Assembly: GCA_963703315.1 (NCBI GenBank)
Contig: OY969811.1
Location: 4,192,001-4,256,000, forward strand
DNA length: 64,000 nucleotides
Direction of reading: 5' to 3'
Source: an uncultured cyanobacterium
GTDB lineage: Bacteria > Cyanobacteriota > Cyanobacteriia > Pseudanabaenales > Pseudanabaenaceae
Shown here: positions 40,132 to 48,450 of the stretch, in pieces
Layout: each line of letters opens with the position of its first letter
Position numbering within the stretch: the stretch's first letter is position 1
Program-made: the position numbers and the translations under genes
The notes under the pieces: generated by a model
What the model saw: the letters and a program-made list of their open reading frames with translations, nothing else
The model's database searches: none
What the model was told of the DNA's origin: nothing

Positions 40132-40749
40132 CTACATCTCCATGTATTTTCTAATGACCTTACACAAATTTGCTATAGATACTGATACCCCTTCTATCTC
40201 TTCATATTCGTTGCTAAGAAGCCACTCACAGAGAAAAGTGCTGTTATCAATCAAAGAAACTTCTAGCTCTTTTTGAGGATAAGATTGAGTCCAACTAAAA
40301 GCAACTGAGCCATTAGCAGTTGGATGAGTTACAGGCAAATTTTTCCTATTCTTAATAATTTTCTTTATTTCATTCCATATCTGATTTGCTCTTAATAATA
40401 CCTCTTTAGATAATGGTTCAGCACCATAGCCATCCCATCCGATTTCAAGACTTTGCAATGGGAATATAGGCGAAGAATTTGGAATAATATCAACAGCAAA
40501 ATACCTTAGTTCATTAGTCATAGAAGCTGGCTTCGCCTCTGACATTAATGGCGTAACAAGAGTATTCCTTACATTATAAAATTTTAGACTTTCATCTACT
40601 ATAAGTAACTCTTGTTTCTTTTGTAACTTTCTTATAGGTGTAGGAAGAAAATTACGTCCATTAAGTTGTCTAGATTTTATAGTTGAATCATCAAAGGAAC
40701 TTTGATTAAAAAAATCAAAATTAGAGGGAGCATAGGCAAGTGTAGACAT
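40132..40749 (-). CDS. Hypothetical protein with GWDGYGAEP motif (putative antitoxin)
   Basis: 205-aa ORF separated from its neighbours by 3 and 1 nt; AT-rich. Confidence 0.6.
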   Translation of the reverse strand: MSTLAYAPSNFDFFNQSSFDDSTIKSRQLNGRNFLPTPIRKLQKKQELLIVDESLKFYNVRNTLVTPLMSEAKPASMTNELRYFAVDIIPNSSPIFPLQSLEIGWDGYGAEPLSKEVLLRANQIWNEIKKIIKNRKNLPVTHPTANGSVAFSWTQSYPQKELEVSLIDNSTFLCEWLLSNEYEEIEGVSVSIANLCKVIRKYMEM

Positions 40750-40752
40750 AAA

Positions 40753-41547
40753 CTAACTCCTTTTTTCCCATAAAGCTTGCATTTTATCTGTGGTCAAACT
40801 CAAAAAAGTTTTTACTGCCATATCTCTACAAAAATCAAATGAAGTAAGTACATAAGCTATTTCAGATGAGATCGGTTTCTGAAAACAAGTAATTCTAAGC
40901 TGAATTATTTCTAGATTTCCATTATTAACCGTTGCAGGCTGAACCTCAATAACTACCTTTGCATTATTATCTGGCAATGTATAAGAAGTTTGGATTGCTA
41001 TCAAATCAGGTTCTGGAAGAAAATCATTGGAAAACCCAGACCAACAATTAAGGACATCTGGCAAGTCAGACAAATTATTCCACTCCTTCCCCCTTACAAA
41101 ATGATCAACATAAGTAACATCACACTGTTTGATACTTGGTAAGTCTATTTGATGAGTCTCTAGAAAACTACAGAACTTGAGCCACTCAGCCTCAAACTCA
41201 GGACGAATTATGTCGTAATGAGGATAAGAGTCATAATTGGCTGGACTTTGCCAGTTATAGATAAACCTATCATGTTGAATCTGTAGTAGCTTAGTCTCAG
41301 ATTTATGCTTAAACCAACACCGAACGGAAGGCAAAGTTTCTAACTCAAGAATTCCTTCTTGTACATTTCTTGAAAAGATAGCTGGTTTTATCTCAAATTC
41401 AGGGTAAGTATCTTTAATTTGTTGCCAATATACTCCAAAGTAAGGTATATCCCATTGTGCCAAGCGCTCAAATTCAAGCCCCATTACCTTTTCAACAATA
41501 GGCGGTTTATTGAAAACAGGTTTAAGCTGCTCGATAGTGGTGGACAT
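40753..41547 (-). CDS. TIGR04255-like protein (putative SecB-like chaperone)
   Basis: F.KPPIVE.V..LEF, RCWF, LLQIQHDRFIYNW, YP.Y, YVDHF, F..LTTDKMQALW. Confidence 0.75.
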   Translation of the reverse strand: MSTTIEQLKPVFNKPPIVEKVMGLEFERLAQWDIPYFGVYWQQIKDTYPEFEIKPAIFSRNVQEGILELETLPSVRCWFKHKSETKLLQIQHDRFIYNWQSPANYDSYPHYDIIRPEFEAEWLKFCSFLETHQIDLPSIKQCDVTYVDHFVRGKEWNNLSDLPDVLNCWSGFSNDFLPEPDLIAIQTSYTLPDNNAKVVIEVQPATVNNGNLEIIQLRITCFQKPISSEIAYVLTSFDFCRDMAVKTFLSLTTDKMQALWEKRS

Positions 41548-41692
41548 ACATACTTACTGAAATATATTACTAAATTGATTTTGATATACAATGACGTATT
41601 TTGCACTACGTATTTCCCGTATTAAGTAGTTTTAGTTGCATTTCTTTATTCAGACTGGCGATAAGTGCAAAATTAATTATTCAAATTCAAAA

Positions 41693-42586
41693 CTAATAAA
41701 CCCTATTTCCTACAGGCATATATTCTTGAATGAGGTTACGCTGACTGACCCGATCGCCTTCTGCTAATAGGCGATCGCCTGCCTCTTTGAGAGTTCTCAA
41801 ATCAAAACTAGGTGGACGAAATTCTGGTAGAGACTCGGTGCTATTCACCAACCGTAAGGACAAACGCTCTAAACCGATTTCATAGACAAACTTCCGCACT
41901 TGCTCGTCATATAAACTCGATCGCAGTGAACCAAAGAAATCAATCGAGCGATCGGGATACATATCCACAAGTCTTTCAATTTCCCATTGCGGAATATTAT
42001 CGGGCGCAAAAATACCGCTCACAATGCCAATGCGATCGTTGCGATCGGGTTGCCAATAAAACTTTTCCATGCGTCCATCACGTACTAACGGCGCATATAA
42101 AGTCGAAAAATCATTCCCCGTCACAATAATTGGCACGCGCCTAATCGGATTGCTGTCATAGCTCCCCGGAAGCTGCACATTCGTTGGGTTATCAGCAATA
42201 TTCATCAATGTGGCATTTACCAACTGCGTATTGACTGTATATTGCGTTGTGCTATCAACTCGTCCTGCACCTGCATCTAAGTCATTAATCAAGAGAGCGC
42301 ATATTTTGCCCCGCACCTTCACCAACTCCGATGCCTCACGATAGCGCATCCTAATCAATCGCGCAGGATCACCCGCATCAGGACTTTCTAGTTCACCACC
42401 CGACATTCTAATGGGATCAATCCCTAGTTTCTGGAAAGCTAACTCACATTGAAACGACTTACCTTCCCCTTTGCCACCGTGAATACCTAAAATTAGCGGC
42501 ACATTTACATTGGGCAACTTCATGAAATTCTTAGCCAGATGTACAGCCAATTTATCCAAAAAGCGTGGTGAAATGTAATAAGACAT
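41693..42586 (-). CDS. rca: Rubisco activase-like AAA+ protein (ALC/Rca), no C-terminal small-subunit-like domain
   Basis: PLILGIHGGKGEGKSFQCEL, LLINDLDAGAGR, TQYTVNTQLVNATLMNIADNPT, LYAPLVRDGRMEKFYW. Confidence 0.92.
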   Translation of the reverse strand: MSYYISPRFLDKLAVHLAKNFMKLPNVNVPLILGIHGGKGEGKSFQCELAFQKLGIDPIRMSGGELESPDAGDPARLIRMRYREASELVKVRGKICALLINDLDAGAGRVDSTTQYTVNTQLVNATLMNIADNPTNVQLPGSYDSNPIRRVPIIVTGNDFSTLYAPLVRDGRMEKFYWQPDRNDRIGIVSGIFAPDNIPQWEIERLVDMYPDRSIDFFGSLRSSLYDEQVRKFVYEIGLERLSLRLVNSTESLPEFRPPSFDLRTLKEAGDRLLAEGDRVSQRNLIQEYMPVGNRVY

Positions 42587-42636
42587 ACAGATTAATTTTG
42601 ACGACTAATAGCAATTTACCTTACAGTGCTACCTAA

Positions 42637-42718
42637 TAAAAATCTCAAGGTGACGGCTTTGCCGTCACCTTGAGATTTTTAAAAATAAAAAAGCCCGCCT
42701 AAGCGGGCTTTTTTATTT
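42637..42718. terminator. Two tandem hairpins downstream of psbT
   Basis: TAAAAATCTCAAGGTGACGGC-TTT-GCCGTCACCTTGAGATTTTTA and AAATAAAAAAGCCCGC-CTAA-GCGGGCTTTTTTATTT. Confidence 0.75.
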
Positions 42719-42824
42719 ACTTCTTATCTTTGGAGATAACCTTAGGAGGTTCACGGAAGAAGATTGCAAAGAAGAACAAACCAATCAAACAAGCGAAAAT
42801 TAGAGTGTAAGTGATAGCTTCCAT
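42717..42824 (-). CDS. psbT: Photosystem II protein T (missing from the ORF track)
   Basis: Manual translation [35 protein letters not shown], 6 nt after the psbB stop. Confidence 0.96.
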   Translation of the reverse strand: MEAITYTLIFACLIGLFFFAIFFREPPKVISKDKK

Positions 42825-42830
42825 TGGATC

Positions 42831-44360
42831 TTATGCCTCAACAGCGCGAGTAGTTTTGTCGCCAACTTTTTGGAATGCGCCCCATTCAACTTGCTCTTCG
42901 CTAAGTTCTGGGTCAACACCAGCAAATACGTCGCGGAACAAGGTACGAGCACCATGCCAAATATGACCAAAGAAGAAGAACAGTGCAAATACTGCATGAC
43001 CAAAGGTAAACCAACCACGAGGGCTAGTACGGAATACACCATCAGAGTGATTCTTTTCTTGATCAAATTCAAAGATTTCGCCTAGCTGAGCTTGACGGGC
43101 ATACTTCTTAACGGTAGGAGCATCAGTAAAAGATTTACCATTTAGCTGACCACCAACGAAGGAGACAGTTACGCCAGTTTGCTCAACGCTGTACTTCGAT
43201 TCAGCACGACGGAAAGGAATGTCAGCACGTACAACACCATCTTGGTCTTGAAGAACCACAGGGAAAGTTTCAAAGAAGTTAGGCAAACGACGAACACTAA
43301 GTTCACGACCTTCACCATCTTTGAAAATGGGATGTCCTTGCCAAGCTTGAGCAATACCATCACCATTGTTCATCGGACCAACGCGGAACAAACCACCTTT
43401 AGCAGGGCTGTTACCAACGTAGTCATAGAAAGCGAGTTTATCGGGAATCTTTGCCCAAGCTTCTTCAGCACTCAAACCAGCATTCAAGCCAGTTTGGACA
43501 CGACGAGAAATTTCTTGTTGGAAAGAGTTGTTATCCCATTGATAACGGGTAGGACCAAACAATTCGATCGGGGTAGCGGCGGAGCCGTACCACATGGTTC
43601 CAGCAACAACGAAAGCTGCAAAGAAAACAGCCGCAATACTGCTAGAAAGTACGGTTTCGATGTTACCCATACGCAGAGCTTTGTACAAACGTTCTGGTGG
43701 ACGCACGGTCAAGTGAAATAGACCAGCGATGATCCCAACGATACCAGCAGCAATATGGTGAGCGGCAATACCACCCGCATTAAAGGGGTTAAAGCCGTTA
43801 GGTCCCCATTCAGGTGCAACGGGTCCAACATGACCAGTCAAACCATAGGCATCAGAAACCCACATACCAGGTCCAAATAGACCAGTTTGGTGGAATGCAC
43901 CGAAACCAAAGCAAAGTAACCCAGACAAAAATAGGTGAATACCAAACATCTTCGGCAAGTCCAAAGCTGGCTCACCTGTGCGAGGATCTCTAAATAGCTC
44001 TAGATCCCAGTTAACCCAATGCCAAATTGCAGCGAGGAAGAGTAAACCAGAGAGTACGATGTGTGCAAGTGCAACACCTTCAAAAGACCAGAAACCGGGG
44101 TCAGCAACTTGTTCGCCAGTGATTGTCCAGCCGCTCCAAGAGTTAGTAATGCCAAGGCGAGCCATGAAGGGCATTACATACATACCTTGTCGCCACATGG
44201 GGTTGAGGACAGGGTCACTGGGGTCAAAAATTGCTAGCTCATAAAGTGCCATCGAGCCTGCCCACCCTGCTACGAGAGCAGTGTGCATCAGGTGCGTGGC
44301 AATCAGTCTTCCTGGATCGTTCAGGAGAACTGTATGCACTCGATACCAGGGTAATCCCAT
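42831..44360 (-). CDS. psbB: Photosystem II CP47 antenna protein
   Basis: [11 protein letters not shown]...[22 protein letters not shown]; full-length 509 aa. Confidence 0.99.
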   Translation of the reverse strand: MGLPWYRVHTVLLNDPGRLIATHLMHTALVAGWAGSMALYELAIFDPSDPVLNPMWRQGMYVMPFMARLGITNSWSGWTITGEQVADPGFWSFEGVALAHIVLSGLLFLAAIWHWVNWDLELFRDPRTGEPALDLPKMFGIHLFLSGLLCFGFGAFHQTGLFGPGMWVSDAYGLTGHVGPVAPEWGPNGFNPFNAGGIAAHHIAAGIVGIIAGLFHLTVRPPERLYKALRMGNIETVLSSSIAAVFFAAFVVAGTMWYGSAATPIELFGPTRYQWDNNSFQQEISRRVQTGLNAGLSAEEAWAKIPDKLAFYDYVGNSPAKGGLFRVGPMNNGDGIAQAWQGHPIFKDGEGRELSVRRLPNFFETFPVVLQDQDGVVRADIPFRRAESKYSVEQTGVTVSFVGGQLNGKSFTDAPTVKKYARQAQLGEIFEFDQEKNHSDGVFRTSPRGWFTFGHAVFALFFFFGHIWHGARTLFRDVFAGVDPELSEEQVEWGAFQKVGDKTTRAVEA

Positions 44361-44589
44361 TGCAAATGTTCCTTAATCTATGTAGTGAGTAAGATCTTAA
44401 CGATTCTTAATTTTAATTTATGATAATTGATCCTGAGTTAGGTAGCTACTCAAAATACTTAAGGTAATGTGAGCAAGTATCATTTGCAGGATCGTTAAAT
44501 CAGTCGAGTTATTTTATTTGTAACATCATAATAAACTATTCCTTCCGATTGATTGCGATAAAACCCAAAAACTAGGGGCAGCACTTCGT

Positions 44590-44648
44590 AAAAAGCGCAT
44601 TGATAGAGTTGCGGTGCTTCGCGCCGCAACTCTATCAATGCGCTTTTA
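44590..44648. repeat. REP-like hairpin ending at the glycerate kinase stop
   Basis: AAAAGCGCATTGATAGAGTTGCGGTGC-TTC-GCGCCGCAACTCTATCAATGCGCTTTT. Confidence 0.7.
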
Positions 44649-45782
44649 GCTATAAATCCTTGTTGGTATGTGCGATCGCGAGATTTCCACAATCAGATCT
44701 ACAGATGCGCGATCGCTATTTACCTGACTAGTAATTGGCGCACCTAAGAGGCGATCGGCACGATTAATCATGCGACTCAAAAACAATTCAGGATGTAATG
44801 CTTTCCAGAAATATTCGACAAATTGGATGATTTCCTCATCTTTCATGCCTGTTTTGCCCGAATCAATGAGTTTGTGTTCTGCCTCAATTCGCCATTGCAG
44901 ACTGTAGGTGTAATCTTCAGGGACAAGGACTATCAAGCTATCGAGATATGCCCAGAGTGGCAGGTAGTCATATAGATTGGCGTTACAGTCGAGGGCAAAT
45001 TGGCGATCGCTTTCTGACAAAATTGGCGGGATAAAATTGCGAAAGGCAGAAATTGGTAAGGGGCGCATCCCCACAAACCAGCCTTCAAATAGGACGATAT
45101 CAGCACCGTAAGAAATTTCGGGATTAGTGCGATCGCCTGCGCCATTATGTAGAGATTTATCAAAGCGGGGAATAGCGATCGGTTGAGGATGATCTGGATT
45201 GCGATCGCGTAATTGCTGCAAAACCTGAATACCCAAATCAATATTGTGGGTGCTAGGAGGTCCACGCCAAATTAATTCAGGACGGTGATCGCGCAATTTT
45301 TGGCGCTCAGTATATGTTTTATATAAATCATCAAGGGAAATGCTTAAAAAGGTTTTGCCAAGATGTCTCAATAAAATATTTAGAACTATGCCCAATGTGG
45401 TTTTGCCAGTCCCTTGTCCGCCCAATAAACCTTGAATAAAGGTGCGTCCGATTTTTTCTTGCTGATCAACTAGGCTTTGAGCGAGGGGTAGCCAATAATG
45501 CCAGAGCAGGGACAGTGTTGCTGATGGCGGATCGATTTGGACATTATGCAGAGCTAGAGTTTCTAAAATTTCTGGATAAACTAATCGTAGAAGTTGCGAT
45601 CGCTGCTCAACTTGATCAACTATTTTGTTAATTGCTTTTAAGCTTGAAGTATCTGGATCTAAACCACAAAAATAGTCATTGCTTTTTCTTGATTCACTCA
45701 CTAATAAATCATGGTCTGGGCTGGATAGGCGATCGCCTTGAATTATTAGTTCAAAAATTCTTATAGGTATATTTTTAATCAT
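44646..45782 (-). CDS. D-glycerate 3-kinase (GLYK-type P-loop kinase)
   Basis: GGQGTGKTT, SLDDLY, RGPP.TH, PRFDKSLHNGAGDR, LFEGWFVG, WR.EAE. Confidence 0.85.
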   Translation of the reverse strand: MIKNIPIRIFELIIQGDRLSSPDHDLLVSESRKSNDYFCGLDPDTSSLKAINKIVDQVEQRSQLLRLVYPEILETLALHNVQIDPPSATLSLLWHYWLPLAQSLVDQQEKIGRTFIQGLLGGQGTGKTTLGIVLNILLRHLGKTFLSISLDDLYKTYTERQKLRDHRPELIWRGPPSTHNIDLGIQVLQQLRDRNPDHPQPIAIPRFDKSLHNGAGDRTNPEISYGADIVLFEGWFVGMRPLPISAFRNFIPPILSESDRQFALDCNANLYDYLPLWAYLDSLIVLVPEDYTYSLQWRIEAEHKLIDSGKTGMKDEEIIQFVEYFWKALHPELFLSRMINRADRLLGAPITSQVNSDRASVDLIVEISRSHIPTRIYS

Positions 45783-45994
45783 TTCCTTATTCCATAAAGC
45801 TTTTGCATGATTAAGTCCATAAGTCAGCTATACAGATTACAAATTTACAAAAATTAAGTTATTAATTAACAATTATTTAACATAGAATAATTAGCGTGAG
45901 TAATTATACGCAGGCTCCTCCACAAAAACTACATATAATTACTGACAATTACATCAGTTAGATCCACTACCTAAAAACAGAAAAAATTACAACT

Positions 45995-46405
45995 ATGAAC
46001 TTGAAAGCTCTTTTAATCGTTGCAAGCCTTGGTTTATCTGCTGGTCTAGCTTCTTGCGCTTCTGAGACTCCTGCGCCTACAGCTACACCCGCAGCTACAT
46101 CTGCTCCTGCTAAAACTGAAGCTAAACCTGCTGACAAGCCTAAGACCGATGCGGCTAAGACCGATGCTAAGCCTGATGCAGCTAAGACCGATGCTAAGCC
46201 TGGTGATGCAATGGCTAAGCCTGATGCAGCTAAGACCGATGCTAAGCCTAAGACCGATGCTAAGCCTGGCGATGCAATGGCTAAGCCTGATGCAGCTAAG
46301 ACCGATGCTAAGCCTGGTGATGCAATGGCTAAGCCTGATGCAGCTAAGACCGATGCTAAGCCTGGTGATGCAATGGCTAAGCCTGAGGAACCCAAAAAGC
46401 CTTAG
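45995..46405 (+). CDS. Lipoprotein with KPDAAKTDA / KPGDAMA repeats (MXKDX/MrpX-like)
   Basis: Signal peptide with lipobox LASC; low-complexity repeats containing four DAMAKP units; directly upstream of the cytochrome b and Mo-oxidoreductase genes. Confidence 0.8.
   Translation: MNLKALLIVASLGLSAGLASCASETPAPTATPAATSAPAKTEAKPADKPKTDAAKTDAKPDAAKTDAKPGDAMAKPDAAKTDAKPKTDAKPGDAMAKPDAAKTDAKPGDAMAKPDAAKTDAKPGDAMAKPEEPKKP
46137..46385 (+). repeat. Coding tandem repeat, main unit 48 bp
   Basis: GCTAAGCCTGGTGATGCAATGGCTAAGCCTGATGCAGCTAAGACCGAT repeated with near-perfect identity, plus shorter sub-units. Confidence 0.85.
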
Positions 46406-46508
46406 TCTTTGATTTTTAAGTAGGTTAGTGAAAAAGGGTGCATAGCGCCCTTTTTCGTGTTTTATAGACCTATGACAAAGTAGTTGTCGCTACATTAAGT
46501 GAAGAATT

Positions 46509-47105
46509 ATGAGAGCGCCTGTAATCCCTACTCAAGCTTTAGCTGCCAAGATTTTTCATTGGGTAAGTTTAACCAGTTTATTTTTAATGATGACTAGCGG
46601 TTTACAGATTTATAACGCAAATCCAGTATTCGGTGGTCGCGCAGGTATTCACATTCCGCCAATTTTTGGTTTAGGGGGATGGCTTGCAGGTGGTAGACAT
46701 TGGCACTTTGCCATGATGTGGATATTCAGCCTAAACTTATTGTGGTATGGCGTTTATGTTTTGCTGACGAGACGGTGGCTGCATCGGTATATGAGCGGCA
46801 AAGATGTCAAAGCATTACTGACTAGTCAAAATATCAGGCGTAAAAACTATGCTTGGCATCGGTTAGTTTATACTTTGCTGATCCCCATTTTGTTTCTATC
46901 GATTTTTACGGGCATCGGTATGTACAAGCCTGCCCAGTTCTATTGGATTGTTGATAGTTTCGGCGGTTGGGATGCGTTACGCATCACGCACTTTATGGCA
47001 GTGCCAATCACGCTGATCTTAGGTTTTATCCATTCACAATTGGGGCGCAAGGTTGGGGGCGATCGCTTACTTGATTCAATGTTTTGGACGGACTCAAACC
47101 CATAA
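46509..47105 (+). CDS. Cytochrome b/b6-domain membrane subunit (partner of the Mo-oxidoreductase)
   Basis: IFHW, SGLQIYNANP, GGWLAGGRHWHFAMMW, KPAQF, LRITHF. Confidence 0.85.
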   Translation: MRAPVIPTQALAAKIFHWVSLTSLFLMMTSGLQIYNANPVFGGRAGIHIPPIFGLGGWLAGGRHWHFAMMWIFSLNLLWYGVYVLLTRRWLHRYMSGKDVKALLTSQNIRRKNYAWHRLVYTLLIPILFLSIFTGIGMYKPAQFYWIVDSFGGWDALRITHFMAVPITLILGFIHSQLGRKVGGDRLLDSMFWTDSNP

Positions 47106-47160
47106 AGCACACCGCAGGGGCGCTTTATGGGTTTTGGTAATTTATTTAGTACAAATATTT

Positions 47161-47904
47161 ATGTCACAAGAATTTAATCAAAACAAATCAGATGCTGATC
47201 TAGAGCTTGAAGATGAGGATATTGTGCCGCGTCGTCGCTTTTTGACCTTAGCGGGGGCAGGCTTACTCACGGTTGGCTTTGGTAGTCTTGCAGAAAGTTT
47301 TGTGGGCAAAATATCGGAGCCATTAAATCAGCAAGTCGAGTCACTAATTTTTCAGCCCCAGAAACCAGTACCAGAGTTTCCGATTACGGCGATCGAGCCA
47401 AATAAGCTAATTGTGAATAGCTTTCGCGGTACACCCGTGATTAATCCGCTTGCGTATCGACTTACCATTGACGGCGCTGTGAATAATCCTTTAAGTCTCA
47501 GTATGGGTGATTTACAAAAGTTGCCATTTACGAGCATGGTGATTCGCCATGTATGTGTTGAAGGATGGGCAGCGATCGTGCAATGGGGGGGCGTGAGACT
47601 AAGAGATTTATTGGCGATCGCCCAGCCATTGCCCCAAGTTAAGTACGCCTATTTCTATTCAGCAGATGGCTATTACGAAAGCTGGGATATTGACTCAGTG
47701 CTGCACCCTCAAACCTTGATGGCATCTCAAAAAAACGGACAGACTTTAGCCCCAGAGAATGGTGCGCCGCTACGGCTTGCCTCACCTGTAAAGCTCGGCT
47801 ATAAACTCAGTAAATGGGTGACGAGAATTGAACTTACTAGTGAATTGGTTGCCAAACGTGGCTACTGGGAAGATCTTGGCTATGAGTGGTATGCAGGGCT
47901 ATAG
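47161..47904 (+). CDS. Molybdopterin-dependent oxidoreductase, sulfite-oxidase/MsrP(YedY)-like, Tat-exported
   Basis: Tat motif PRRRFL; RHVCVEGW (Mo-ligand Cys), NGAPLRL, LGYKLSKW, GYWED.GY. Start moved to ATG 47161. Confidence 0.88.
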   Translation: MSQEFNQNKSDADLELEDEDIVPRRRFLTLAGAGLLTVGFGSLAESFVGKISEPLNQQVESLIFQPQKPVPEFPITAIEPNKLIVNSFRGTPVINPLAYRLTIDGAVNNPLSLSMGDLQKLPFTSMVIRHVCVEGWAAIVQWGGVRLRDLLAIAQPLPQVKYAYFYSADGYYESWDIDSVLHPQTLMASQKNGQTLAPENGAPLRLASPVKLGYKLSKWVTRIELTSELVAKRGYWEDLGYEWYAGL

Positions 47905-47989
47905 CAATAGATGAGGGCGGCGCGAAGCGCCGCCCTCATCTATTGCAAAAACATTAAAAGAGTCAGCACTTAGTGCTGACTCTTTTAAT
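47904..47989. terminator. Two hairpins between the convergent oxidoreductase and glnB
   Basis: GCAATAGATGAGGGCGGCGC-GAA-GCGCCGCCCTCATCTATTGC; ATTAAAAGAGTCAGCAC-TTA-GTGCTGACTCTTTTAAT. Confidence 0.75.
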
Positions 47990-48014
47990 ATGGCTAGTAG
48001 TGCTTTGAGAAAAT

Positions 48015-48380
<366 letters not shown>

Positions 48381-48409
48381 TTAATACACTTGAATCGCTA
48401 CCCAAATTT

Positions 48410-48423
48410 GTAGCCTAGCATAC
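48410..48423. promoter_or_regulatory. Putative NtcA box upstream of glnB
   Basis: GTA-GCCTAGCA-TAC matches GTA-N8-TAC, 57 nt upstream of the glnB start. Confidence 0.55.
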
Positions 48424-48450
48424 TTTTTAGGATTGTGATTGAGATTGGGC

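Noticed and set aside
43179..44244. Long antisense ORFs over psbB, and similar short ORFs over cheA, xfp, pilQ and the ATPase
   Set aside because: They overlap confidently identified genes and show no motifs; explained by codon bias.
46137..46385. Possible CRISPR array
   Set aside because: The repeats are contiguous, have no unique spacers and are in frame within a lipoprotein. No cas genes are present in the window.
45967..46412. Alternative repeat ORFs (45967..46395 minus and 46149..46412 plus)
   Set aside because: Shadow frames of the stop-poor tandem repeat. Only 45995..46405 has a signal peptide and lipobox.
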